Positions 25,706 through 37,576 of a stretch of DNA of 64,000 nucleotides are shown here, in pieces. Made by a program: the position numbers and the translations under genes. The stretch is from the NCBI RefSeq assembly GCF_006345805.1, contig NC_043013.1, positions 30,628,001 to 30,692,000 of the forward strand, given 5' to 3'. Source of the stretch: Octopus sinensis. Lineage: Eukaryota. The notes beneath the pieces are model-generated. The model saw only the letters and a list, made by a program, of their open reading frames with translations. It was not told the DNA's origin and searched no databases. Positions within the stretch are counted from its first letter, which is position 1. The number at the start of each line of letters is the position of its first letter.

Positions 25706-28388
25706 CGAACGATGACTATTAATTTGAGTGTTAACACGAAATATTGGCATTGATAGTTCTGTAGTTGAAGTAGTATTGCATTCTTGTTTCTCTTAAAAAA
25801 GATAAAAAGTATTCACTACAATGCCAAAATTTTACGAAAACCATTGCCAGTTTTATCTTCACCCGAACTAAATAATATCGAAAAATATTTTAAATAAATA
25901 TTGGATACCTGCTCGTTTTCATTATGATATAACTCATAAGTAATGGAGAAAAACGATTGGAAAATTATCTCATATAGAATGATATTAAACATTCTAATTT
26001 CATTCACTTCAGACATTCACCCTATTTATATATTATATTTGCTTTCTTTATTGAAAAACGTACTTTTCATAACTGTTTTCAATTTGATAAACAGCAAGTC
26101 TATTAGGCCTCATTTCTAGAAAATTAAGCTATTCATTTTAAAATAAATAATGTCATTTTATTACGAAGGAATTAATCTAGATAGCTGATTCTTAGATAGA
26201 AATGAAGCCAAAGATTTTCTACCAAAAATATAGCTTATTGAAATGTAAACCTATCTCATCGTTTCTTTGCTGTTTTCATCAATATAACAAAGCACATTAG
26301 AACAAAAACCACATCGACTCACTTGGAATTTCACACGCATCGGGAAGAAGGTGACATTTAATGCTGGGGATATTTCATTTGAGTCGTTCGTCGCTCTATT
26401 TCATTGTTCAGGTGTATAATGATAAATTGTATTTTACATAATAGTTTAGCTGATCAAATATACTTCTATTAAGTAAATCTCCGTAAGTCTCTAAAGAAGC
26501 GAGAGATAATTTACTCATTATATATATACGCGTAAACGTAAAGACATATATGAAAGTAATCATGGCTTTATATTACACAATATATAAATATATAATGGCA
26601 GTTAATATCTACGTTTTTTCAAGTAGCTTGCTTACTTTGCTCCAACCAAAATATGTGCACGCCTTTCGCCAGCTTCTTAGAGCTATGAAGTTTTTAAAAA
26701 ATAATCTTATTATCATCATGATATTTACAATGCATACAAAAGTATTGACAGAATCGTATTGTCAAGAAATGAGGCTTACATGCAATAATTATTTGTGTGT
26801 GTCTATTTTTGCACATATAAAAACATATTTGTTAAAATGTCCGCACATAATTGCACATTATATAATTCAAGCATATTAATCAGTCTGCATGTTTAAAAAT
26901 ATATCTATTTATTTATGTCTATGAAGTAAAGTTTATAGTGAGGAACATAAAACATTGTTCTGTCGTTTTTTACTTTTGACCTGTAGGAATACATTTCAAT
27001 CGATGATCGTAGTCTTTGTTACAGCAGTTTCGTTGTTTTTCAGACACTTTTCAAATACGATCTGTTTCAATTTCTTATACATTATATGAATAATTAACTG
27101 TTTCCACCTCTCTGTCTATCTATGAAATTTTCAGACTTCTACCAAAATCTCTCACCTCTACCTATCGCCTTCTACCCACTCCTCTCTCCCCTACATATAA
27201 CCATCTCCATTACTTTGTCCTACCTATCACCGTCCCACGATACGCTCATTCTCTTTCATCTGTTTTTTTTTTTACTTCTTTGTTCCATTACACTATTTTT
27301 ACTAGAATTTTATTCATCCAATTGTTTCTCATGCGCCTCTATAATGTAGTACATTTACACATTGACTGCCACCAAGTCAATCCTGTGCATTTATCCTGCC
27401 TAATATAACTGTCCCCTATCTCTGTTTTACTCTCGCTCACTCTTTCCCTCCCATTCACAACTCAATCTAAACTGTGACGGGAAAAATCAACGAAGAAACC
27501 AAACAACCAACATTTATATCTGCTGATATAAACTGATATTGGGTCAGATACTCGATTATTTTTATTATTATTATGGATTTGCTCTATTGTTATACTAATA
27601 TCGGGCCTCTGAGTCACTTCATGCTTATAAAAATCGCCATCAGAAATAACTATAATCACGACCTGAGAAAATATGCAAAGCATCATTTCAATATAAATTG
27701 AAGAAAAATAAGTAACAAAAGCAAAAAGCAAAATAGATGGCCATACCTTAATACGGACATAAAGTCTAAGATGTGAAAAAATAAAGAGATTAAACAATCA
27801 TAAAAAAGTTTCGCGAGGAACACAATTACAATATATTGAACACTGATATATCCTCCAAAATGCCTCTAAATTATTCAGAATATCATAAAAGAAAACATAT
27901 TTTGGATAGTGGTTTAGACTGTGCGAAATTATATATTTCCTCGAAGCTTTGGTGCTACAGTTGCTAGGCAACATATAAGTAGAAATGGAAGTAGAATATC
28001 TGTAACCTCTAAAGCATAATAAAATTGCATAGAACAGAACGTACAATTATTGACACAAGCATAGGTAAGACTTTTTAATCGGATAAATAAAGCGAAAGAA
28101 CAACAAACGTGAGGCAGAGAAATATTCAGGGGCAAAAAATAAAAAAAATAATTTAAATTCGACAAGAATAAGGAAGAAATATTAATATACATACAATTTC
28201 TTTTTTTACTATGAGCAAATTGTTCGATAAAACCGCTCTGGAGAGATCCCAATAAAGCCTAAATGCATGTGAGTCACTTGAATGAATTCAATCTTAAATG
28301 AATTTAATGCAAGTTTAACTAGAAAACTACCGGAGGGGATCCATGGAATTTTATCATGTTTTAAGTTTCTGAAAATAGAATGGTAACC

Positions 28389-28897
28389 AATTGATGTTCT
28401 CTTATTCGCATGCTATGTATGTACTTATAATTATACTCGTAATCTGGAGCCTAACTGTGATTGCTTGAAATTCAGGAAATGCTTTCAAATATCTAAGATA
28501 TTAAATCTGGCCGTTTTCAATTATGTCTATGGAAAAATAAAAATTGTTTTCATTGTTGCTTAAATAGTACGTTTTGCGTGGTGAAAATGTTTCAAAATGA
28601 CATATGTTAAACAGTTTCTAAAGTTTCTGCTGCCTGGCAAGCAAACACTTGATTTCAACTTGCTGTTAACCATCTTGTAAGGCTTAATAGAAAATTACTC
28701 TTATGAGAGACATTCTCGGTTGACCGTCTTATCTAGTATTTTAGACGAAGATGACATTTTCTAATTGAAAACGGCCAGATTTAATATATTAGATATTTGA
28801 AAGCTATTTCCTGAATTTCAAGCAATCACAGTTAGGCTCCAGATTACGAGTATAATTATAAGTACATACATAGCATGCCAATAAGAGAACATCAATT
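28389..28897. mobile_element. Fold-back/MITE-like element with ~135-bp terminal inverted repeats
   Basis: 28389-28523 is the reverse complement of 28762-28897, with 2 substitutions and 1 indel; 238-bp spacer; AATT at both outer ends. Confidence 0.75.
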
Positions 28898-29044
28898 TCG
28901 CTGACATTTAGTCACACACAAAATTCATATTCCGATAAGTACATTTTCATAAACCTGTAAATCGTAAGCCTCATATCCAAATGTTCTAAATTCTCTCTGC
29001 AAATCCGACAAAGTGCGTACATAGGCACTAAAACTATATGTTTA

Positions 29045-29046
<2 letters not shown>

Positions 29047-29115
<69 letters not shown>

Positions 29116-29130
29116 ATCTATCTATCTATT
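29047..29130. repeat. (TATC)n microsatellite
   Basis: Direct inspection. Confidence 0.95.
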
Positions 29131-29324
29131 TATCTATATATCTGTGTGTAGGTGTGAGTGTGTTTGCGTGCGTGTGGGTGCTATGTAAAGTCTGCTTTTT
29201 TACATACCGTATCTTCAGCGCAAAAAAAAATGGAACCGGCCGGATATGTAACAACATAGAGTATAGACGCTTGTCAGCAGCCAAGTAAATTCATTAAATG
29301 CCTATTAGTTTTGAACCTAGTAAA

Positions 29325-29530
29325 GAGGCAAGGTTGCAGCATTGCTTACTGGCATTTCGCCATTATTGTTACTGTACCTTCTGAATTCACTATGCTCCTA
29401 GGGCAAAATTGCCTTTCCTTATCTCGGGTTCGTTAAAAATAAGTACCAATCAGGTTCTGCAATTGAGGAAATCAACTAACCTTCTCACACAAAATGTCAG
29501 GCCTTTTTTGCCCCCAGTAGAAAGACTTAT
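29325..29530 (+). mobile_element. SINE family A, decayed
   Basis: CTGAATTC..., TTGCCTTTCCTTATCTCGGG, AAATAAGTACCA and CAGGCCTTT..GCCCCCAGTAGAAAG tail. Confidence 0.55.
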
Positions 29531-30427
29531 TTATAAACGTGCTATAATTAAGCGTTTAATAAAAAAAGTACTTTACTTACACAGGCGACTCAACGGTTTG
29601 ATGTCATCATGAAAGAAATCTAAGTAATGGTGAAATTTGAACACATACAAAATATTTTTTTTTACTTGTAATAAACAGAAATGTAGAAAAAGATGATGAT
29701 TGCATTCTCAGGTTTATGGATATAATAAGGCTTCAATAGAGAAGTAGAACCCACGAGAAACCGTTCAGTTCTTAAACTGTATATTTATATCTTCTTTGGA
29801 AATCATCCCTCAATCGGCGTTCATGAAAATATTTCATTAAGAATTTCATTACATACAACCATGTTGTCTTTCGTTCATACAAGAAATACATGCAGAAATC
29901 TAATTTTGTTGAATACAAATATACAAGTGTGTATCATATTACTTATGAAAACTATAAAATGTCAGAAACTTTAGAATAGTGACTGGGATTAATTTCGAAC
30001 GTACTTGGAATTTACATTTCTTCATTCTGTGAACATGCAATATCAATGATAGTGTAATAAATATGAGAACATTATTAAAAAATTTCTAATTTAATAGAAA
30101 TGCATAACCATCATTTCAGCGCAATATACTCTCAATCTATGTTTTTTTTTGTTATTGAACAACGCAATATAGTCAATGTACTTTAGAAATACAGTACTGA
30201 CTTATAAATATTTATTTATTGCCTAAAATCTACATGAAAATGTAGATATTGTAAGATATGAGAAAATAAGTCAAGGGCGTAATTGTGAATGTGTGACGAA
30301 ATATTCTGAGCAAAACACTGGCCACCTCTGATAACTGGAATTGCTGCCATCCTAAGATGCATTCCAATGAATTTAGGTAAATAATCTTTCGAACAGCCGG
30401 TCAGCAGCGACGCCTGCTGGATTCGGC

Positions 30428-30476
30428 TACTCCACCTTGATAAGAGGCAGCATCTCGAAACCAGTCTGTGGATGCC
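30428..30476 (+). ncRNA. Minimal type I hammerhead with U3-A8 core
   Basis: TCCAC-C-TTGATAA-GAG(gcagcat)CTC-GAAAC-CA-GTC-T-GTGGA; stem I TCCAC/GTGGA; predicted cleavage after C30466. Confidence 0.55.
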
Positions 30477-30684
30477 AGACCAGAAAGGGAAAGCTGCTGA
30501 ACTCCCCTGTTCGAAGGTTATAATGGACACAGGTTTGGGTGTCACGTAGCTAGCTAGATGCGATGGCCACATGGAGCTAATCAACAGCAGCATAAGTCCT
30601 GTTTATCTGGACTGTCATGTTAACTTGGCGATAAATCTTAATATCCAGTACCGCTGCTGTAATCTCCTTTCGAGAGAATTAGAA

Positions 30685-30756
<72 letters not shown>

Positions 30757-30769
30757 TATATATATACAC

Positions 30770-30809
<40 letters not shown>

Positions 30810-30830
30810 TTGTGTGTGTGTGTATGTGTG

Positions 30831-31780
30831 TATCAAAAATATATATAAAAATACAAGAACGCAAAACATTCAAATAGCCGACACAAAAAAAAAACGGACG
30901 GGTCATTCGAAGCCTCTAATCTTCACTCAAGAACCGGATCATCATCGCAATTTCGACTGATTAATCTTGAGATCGCTCCGATCCGGCCAACCCCAAGGAA
31001 AAACTAAGCTACGAGTATTAGATTTCTTGGAAAAAGGATCGAATGTATACAAAACAAGGACAGCAAAACGGACGGTGCCACACGAATATAAATACAAAAA
31101 TCAATAATAATAATAATAATAATAACAGGACAAAAACAACAGGTGTCATTCGACTTTAGATAGTTCAACTTAGCTTAGCTGGCGTATTTGGAAAATAATA
31201 CCTTACGGCAGACGAAGAAATCGATGTTGTCGTGGCGGTGCTCAGAAGCTGAAAGGCTAGTTGACTTGCGGTCACGTGAGGAGAGAAGAGAGAGAAAAAA
31301 GGGGCAAAGGAATCAAAGATAGAGAGAGAAAAAAAGGGAATGAGGCACCAAAGAGGGGGAGAAGAGAGAGAAAGAAGGAATTAAGGAGGAGAGAAGAAAG
31401 AAAGCGTGCCAAGGATTGGCGGGACAACAGGAAGGCAGGATCAGTGAGGTGCAAAGCGAGAAAGACAGAGAAATGTGAGAGAGTGGCGAAAGAGGAGACC
31501 AAAGAATCAAAGAGGCGAGAAAAGAGAAAGACAGAGACCAGTGAAGTATAGAGAAAGTGTGTGTAGAAGTCGTACAAGTAGTGGGATGCTTACATACATA
31601 GAAGAGAACAAGTTGTGCGTTACGCTCCAATACTTTATGTATAAAAAATATATATAAAAATACAATATGGGACAAGAACGCAAAAAAATGGACGGGTCAT
31701 TCGAAGCCTCTAATCTTCAGTCAAGAACCGGATCATCCTCGCAATTTAGGCTGATTAATCTTGAGATCGCTCCGATCCGG

Positions 31781-31784
<4 letters not shown>
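30831..31784. mobile_element. Non-coding element bounded by direct repeats (PLE-pLTR-like)
   Basis: 30896-30990 and 31690-31784 match with 4 differences in 95 bp; similarity extends left to 30831/31640. The interior is purine-rich. Confidence 0.5.
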
Positions 31785-31821
<37 letters not shown>

Positions 31822-31944
31822 AGAGAGAGAGAGAAAAGAAATAGATACATGCATATATGGGAATGTATCTATGACTGTATAAACATGCACGTAGTTCTGT
31901 ATATACACATGTGTGTGCGTATGACATAAGTATATACATATATG

Positions 31945-31998
<54 letters not shown>

Positions 31999-33002
31999 GT
32001 AGGCGCGTCAAAGCGAGCACTACACACGGTAAAAAAAGAGATACCGTTAATTCGATGCAGAAAGGAACTAAAAAATATTGACAGAAAAGGAGATTGCCGA
32101 TTATCTGCATAACAATAAATAGTCATGCAAATCTGTAAATTTTCACCATATTATCATATTATTTTCGGTTATTGGAAATAAAGAATCAAGTTTGAGGAGC
32201 ATATTAATGTTAATTTACCCTCAAACTGCCATTTTGGTAATTAATGAGAGAATTAAACGTGCCATGATCTTCAGTTTTGAAAGATAATTTAAATATTTTT
32301 AAAAATAATGAATTTAAAAATGATATAATAGAGTAGACTCCACACTTGACGTATGAGACAAAAAATGATAGGAGGAATGAAAAATTATATTTTATATAAT
32401 GATGTGTCATAACAATAAACTTTCGAGAAACTTGATATCGTTAACGTTTCTTTGAGAATTAATTGTAATTATTTTGTATATTTTTTCCACGCAATACATC
32501 GGCTGCTATTTGGCAGAATCGTTCGAGCGTATTATAAATACTTTATTGCATCTCTTGTATGAAGTTCAAATCTTTTTTTTTTCTAGATTGTCAGAATGAA
32601 AATATTATATGAGTGAGATATTAACAGAATTATCAGTGCGTTGGAAAAATCCTTCACTCTATTTGGTCCGACTCAGCACATGCTAAACGTTTGGGCAGAT
32701 GTTACTAACCGATCTATTTACCTAAGTATTTTTCTATGTAAGCCATCGACATCCTGTTTAGCTCTGCTTCACATCGAGTAATTGTAACTTTATCTCCGTT
32801 GTATTTTTTTTTCTTTCTTACCAGCATCTCTTGTGCAAACGTTATCTTCTTAAATGACGACTGACGCATGATCTTGTTCTCACATTGCAAAACGGCGAAA
32901 TGAATTATTTTTCAAGCCGGTAAAACTGGGTGTCTCTATTTAACTTGCTCGGTAGTTTTTAGTATACCATTATATGTGTGCGCACGTGCGCGCGTGTGTG
33001 TG

Positions 33003-33047
<45 letters not shown>

Positions 33048-33339
33048 ATGCATGTATCTGTGTATGTGTGTGTATTTGTGTGAAATTTAGTAGAATATTG
33101 TAAAAACTGTCCATGGCAAAGCTACGGTACAAACCTTGAGATGTTGCCACGGAATTTATAAAGGGTTTTCTTCTACCTGATTGTGCCAATTAATTAGATC
33201 AGTAATTTTCTCTAAAAGTTTCTTTGAATATAGTTCTCTTGATGGTATTGTTTTTCATAGAATAATCTATATAATAGGCGTCCATATTAAATTCTTCTGT
33301 GTGTTAGAGTCCGATGTTAGGCGATAATCCAAAAAAGCC

Positions 33340-33555
33340 GTATTAAGCGCATGAGATGGAAAGCTTTCTTTTTTAATACAGAAGTGGACACCATGAAAAT
33401 TACTTTCTATCGTATAAACTCTAAAAAATTCCCTCCCTAGATTAAAGGCTTGGAAGATTTCGAAGCGGACCTACTGAAACTTATGAATAACATAAAATTT
33501 CGTAAGTCTTTTAACAATTTCCAACATAAATTGAAAAAAGATATAAAACATTTGT
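33340..33555 (+). mobile_element. N-terminal fragment of a second Penelope-like ORF
   Basis: IKRMRWKAFFFN...KKFPP*IKGLEDFEADLLKLMNNIKFRKSFNNFQHKLKKDIKH matches the conserved pre-RT region of PLEs. Confidence 0.65.
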
Positions 33556-33822
33556 ACGTTTTCATAGTGACGTATAAGTACGCACGTGGGTCCGCGAGCG
33601 CACATGTGGGCGTATGAGTAGCCATGTTTACGTATTTACTATGAACTTTTAATCTTAATTTATATAAGTAGCGGAATTATAACACAGTAATTTCCCTTTA
33701 TATAACGGTATTTTTTCATAGCGTTTTTTCAGATGGCCAGATAACCGAAGAGATGGTTTGGTAGATATCCATTTCGGCATCTGAAACTCAGAGTTTTATC
33801 TTGACTATTGAGTAATGGTAAC

Positions 33823-33860
<38 letters not shown>

Positions 33861-34038
33861 TACGTTTAAATATTTGTTGTGCAAGAATATTTATGTGAAA
33901 TCGTGTGTTGAAACAGATATTGTTATATTTCGGAATGGTCATATTGCCAGTTTAGCCAATAAAAACACACTCACTATATATTTGGTGTTATTTTGCTTCA
34001 GTGTTACTTATTTTTTCCATTAATCTTAATCTTATTTC

Positions 34039-34083
34039 GGCCAGAGTTCTTTCGTCACACTTCTGTGACCGCATCAGTGGTCC
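34039..34083 (-). ncRNA. Hammerhead motif in 3' pLTR (sense to PLE ORF)
   Basis: GGACCA-CTGATGC-G-GTCACA(gaag)TGTGAC-GAAA-G-AA-C-TC-TGGCC. Confidence 0.6.
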
Positions 34084-34495
34084 TTTGTTTTCTTCTTTCT
34101 TATTTGTGTCTCTCCTTACTAACCGTCACCCATTTTGTATTTCTATTGTATGTCTTCATTTGCGCATGCTTATATCTCTATGTGTGTCTCTGTTTAGTTA
34201 GTGTGTGTATGTGGGGGGATGCCTGTAATATGTGTATCTTCTGTTTATATACGTTCATGTAATTTGCATTTTGTTTTTGCTGTTGTTGTTTTTGTTTATT
34301 CATTTATTCTTATTTTGTTCCTATGTTTACATCCACTTATTATTATCATTACATATGCTTGTGTGTATGTATGTATAACAACAATACTAGTAATAATAAT
34401 AATAAATCGAATCGAAAAAAAAATATATATATAGTTATTTATTTCTATTTGTTTATTTATCTGTGTATTTATTATGTTTTCAGGATCCTCTATCG

Positions 34496-36468
34496 TCATA
34501 TGTTGTGGTGTGTGCTAGCGCTCCATTCTAGTTTTCTATTCAGACTAGGTTTATTTTCTATTATGTGTGTAGCTTCTATAATTTGTCTAATTGTTGCATC
34601 TGTTCTATGTGTGGACAATATTTTAATTTCTATGTTATTGATTGATCCCCAGTGTCCCTGTTCGGCGTGTTGGTACAAGATCGATGAGCTTTTACCTTCC
34701 TTGAGTTGTCTCCAATGTCCATTTACCCGCTCTCCTATGCTTCTTGCCGTTTCCCCTCGTATGTCGTTGTTTTGTTACTGCATCGCCCTTCTATACATCG
34801 TATACTATAGACTACATTTCTGGCTTTACAGTTTGTTTGTGGGCTAAATCTACATACAGTACAGTACTTATACGTACAAGGGGTTCTACTAAAAGGATAG
34901 GTTCTACGAATTATAGATTTGATAGGGGTTGCCTGGCTTTTCAACAACCTTAATTCTTAGCTTAAGTTTGTCTAGGGTCCTTCTAAAGTGGTACGCCAGT
35001 TCACCTCCAGGGGTGGTGTCAACGAACATGACACTCTGGTATTTATGGCTATCATACCAAGAGTTGGCCTTCCCTATTTTCTTTTTTGTCCTTTCTATAG
35101 TGTTCCATGACTTGTTTCTATAGAGTGGGCAAATCCCATTCCTATCATTACATAATATATTATCAAATTTGTTCATGGCTCCTTTGTATAATCTGATCCT
35201 TTCTTTATGGCTGTAAACTGAGAACTGCATGCGGTGAATGAAATATTGTATGTGTCTCTTTAACTCTGTGGTCTCGCACATGCGTGACACATTTCTCATT
35301 ATTCTGATGAGGTCTGCCATCAAAATATTGAATTTGGCATTGTCCGCAATGGCTGAGTTCCTGTGGATCAAGTATTTTGAGGCCATAGGTTTGGCATAGT
35401 ATGAATGAAGGATTTGGGTTTTATTATTCACAATTTCTAGCCAGAGTTCAGTGTCTAGTACTGGTAGTCTATGGTTGAGTTGTTTAGTGGGGTAGTCTAT
35501 TGTGACCTTAATACTCTGGTGGATGGAGTTAGCTATTTGCTGGATGCTCTCCATAGTATTAGTTTCTATTACTATATCAACATTACTCTCTTGTGGGGGT
35601 GCCTTTACCACTATGTTGATATCATCAACATAGCGAGAGTACATGTTTACGAGTATGGAGTTCTGTGTTGGGCGTTCTTTAATCCTTCTGTCCCACCATA
35701 CCACGAAAAGGTTGGTCACATCACCAGCGATACTAACGCCGATGCCTGCCCCCTCGTCCTGGGCATATATTTTATTATTAAACTTAAACGTGTGGCCTTT
35801 TCGGGTAAATCTTATACTAGCTCCTAGTGCATGTGCGATCATTTTCTTTACCTGATGGACATTTGCGGGGCTCCGTATGGCTCTGGTCCATCCGCGCTAT
35901 CTTTCTATATGTGTCTTCCTAGCCATAGAAGTAATTGTGGGCGGTCTACCTCTTAAACATCTACTGGGGCAGAAACTACTAAGATTATATTTATCTAGGT
36001 ATTCATTATTACATGTCAGTCTAAGTAGGAGTCCCAGTTCTTCTGTGTTGACATTACGGAACTCCACTTGGCTCTCGTTGATCATCTCCACGCACTTCTC
36101 CACCGCAAAATCTACGTCGATCGATGGGTATAAGGATACCACATCCATGCTACCCACCATATATCCTGTCAGGCCACTAGTGTTGTTACAGTCATTGATC
36201 CTGCTGAGGAGATCTTCTGTGCTGTCACAAACATCAGGTGACATCCGGATTATAGGGCGTATGATCATTGAGAGGAAGTAGGATAATCTGTAATTGCTAG
36301 CGATATTCGCTCCACAGACTGGTTTTGTTGGTGGTTCTGCTATAGGGTCAGTAATTACTTTATGGTCTTGCGAAGTCCATATAGTGCCGGGATATCATTG
36401 TTCCAGGCTTGGAAATTATTTGCTGTACGTTTCTCGGGTCCCAGAAAAATTTTCCACATCATCATGAA
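34496..36468 (-). pseudogene. PLE RT + GIY-YIG polyprotein, frameshifted
   Basis: Collinear ORF pieces 35897-36268, 34904-35842, 34735-34947 and 34496-34678, joined by frameshifts. Confidence 0.88.
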
Positions 36469-36638
36469 CGTATATAAAACAGAAGATACAAATATTACAG
36501 GCATCCCCCAAATACACACACTAACTAAACATAGACACACATAGAGATATAAGCATGCGCAAATGAAGACATACAATAGAAATACAAAATGGGTGACGGT
36601 TAGTAAGAAGAGACACAAATAAGAAAGAAGAAAACAAA

Positions 36639-36683
36639 GGACCACTGATGCGGTCACAGGAGTGTGACGAAAGAACTCTGGCC
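36639..36683 (+). ncRNA. Hammerhead motif in inverted pLTR
   Basis: GGACCA-CTGATGC-G-GTCACA(ggag)TGTGAC-GAAAG-AA-CTC-TGGCC; predicted cleavage after C36678. Confidence 0.6.
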
Positions 36684-36837
36684 GAAATAAGATTAAGATT
36701 AAGATTAATGTAAAAAATAAATAACACTGAAGCAAAGTAACACCAAATATATAGCCAATAAAAACACACGCACTATATATTTGGTGTCATTTTGCTTCAG
36801 TGTTATTCATTTTTTACATTAATCTTAATCTTATTTC

Positions 36838-36882
36838 GGCCAGAGTTCTTTCGTCACACTCCTGTGACCGCATCAGTGGTCC
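36838..36882 (-). ncRNA. Hammerhead motif in 5' pLTR
   Basis: Reverse complement is identical to the 36639-36683 motif. Confidence 0.6.
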
Positions 36883-36958
36883 TTTGTTTTCTTCTTTCTT
36901 ATTTGTGTATCTTGTTACTAACCGTCAGCCATTTTGTATTTCTATTGTATGTCTTCCG

Positions 36959-37001
<43 letters not shown>

Positions 37002-37012
37002 ATATATATACA

Positions 37013-37065
37013 GTGGTGGTGCCCCAGCATGGCCGCGGCCTTCGGGCTAAAACATTTTTAAGGAT
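37013..37065 (+). mobile_element. Isolated CR1-like 3' tail
   Basis: GTGGTGCCCCAGCATGGCCGCGGCCTTCGGGCTAAAACATTTTTAAGGA, nearly identical to the LINE end at 47080-47125. Confidence 0.75.
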
Positions 37066-37071
37066 GTATAT

Positions 37072-37119
<48 letters not shown>

Positions 37120-37576
37120 GAGATGCTATACCCTATGAAATAAGTTAAATAGATTCTCGATGTAAACGCACGTAACTAATAGCAGACCAACATTTACAAC
37201 CACACTCACTCACGATTACTCACAAACACATACATACATATATGTCCATGCAGACATATATGTATTTGTGTGTGTCTGAGTATAATTGATATTTACTTGT
37301 AACGATTATTCAAAACATAGTATGCCTCTATTTTCACATCTTGCTGCAAATCTAAAGTGTAATGTATATCATATATGGTTGACTTAATTAGACATGAGTT
37401 TAGCCATTAAAATCCATTCCTTGTACAAATCGTTTTTTCTATAGAGTTTCCACGAATATTGTGATCTTGCGTCAAGAAAACTCAGTATGTTGTTTTAGCT
37501 ACGATTGCAGCTATCTTTTGTGGAGAGAGCGTAAAGTGAGAAGTCAACGTAACATATCTTCTTAAATACTTTACAA

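Larger units (their letters stand above)
33955..36956 (-). mobile_element. Penelope-like retroelement, 5'-truncated, with direct and inverted pseudo-LTRs
   Basis: RT motifs PALYGLRK, VGSMDVVSLYPSID, QDEGAGIG, YSRYVDD and LPVLD; GIY-YIG motifs NVVYSIRC...YEG and RQIIEATHI..KPSLN. The terminal repeat appears at 33955-34260 (+), 36460-36754 (inverted) and 36755-36956 (+). Confidence 0.92.

Noticed and set aside
30216-30593. 125-aa ORF as a host gene
   Set aside because: No recognisable domain; the region is better explained as a ribozyme-bearing repeat on the opposite strand.
31261-31675. Lys/Arg/Glu-rich and Leu/Ser/Phe-rich ORFs
   Set aside because: Low-complexity purine tract inside the direct-repeat element.
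31690-31725. Hammerhead in the direct repeat (minus CTGAAGATTAGAGGCTTCGAATGACCCGTC)
   Set aside because: GAAT instead of GAAA, no convincing stem II, and no stem I pairing.
34323-34847. 174-aa plus-strand ORF (and 35471-35827, 35877-36281)
   Set aside because: Antisense shadows of the PLE ORF.
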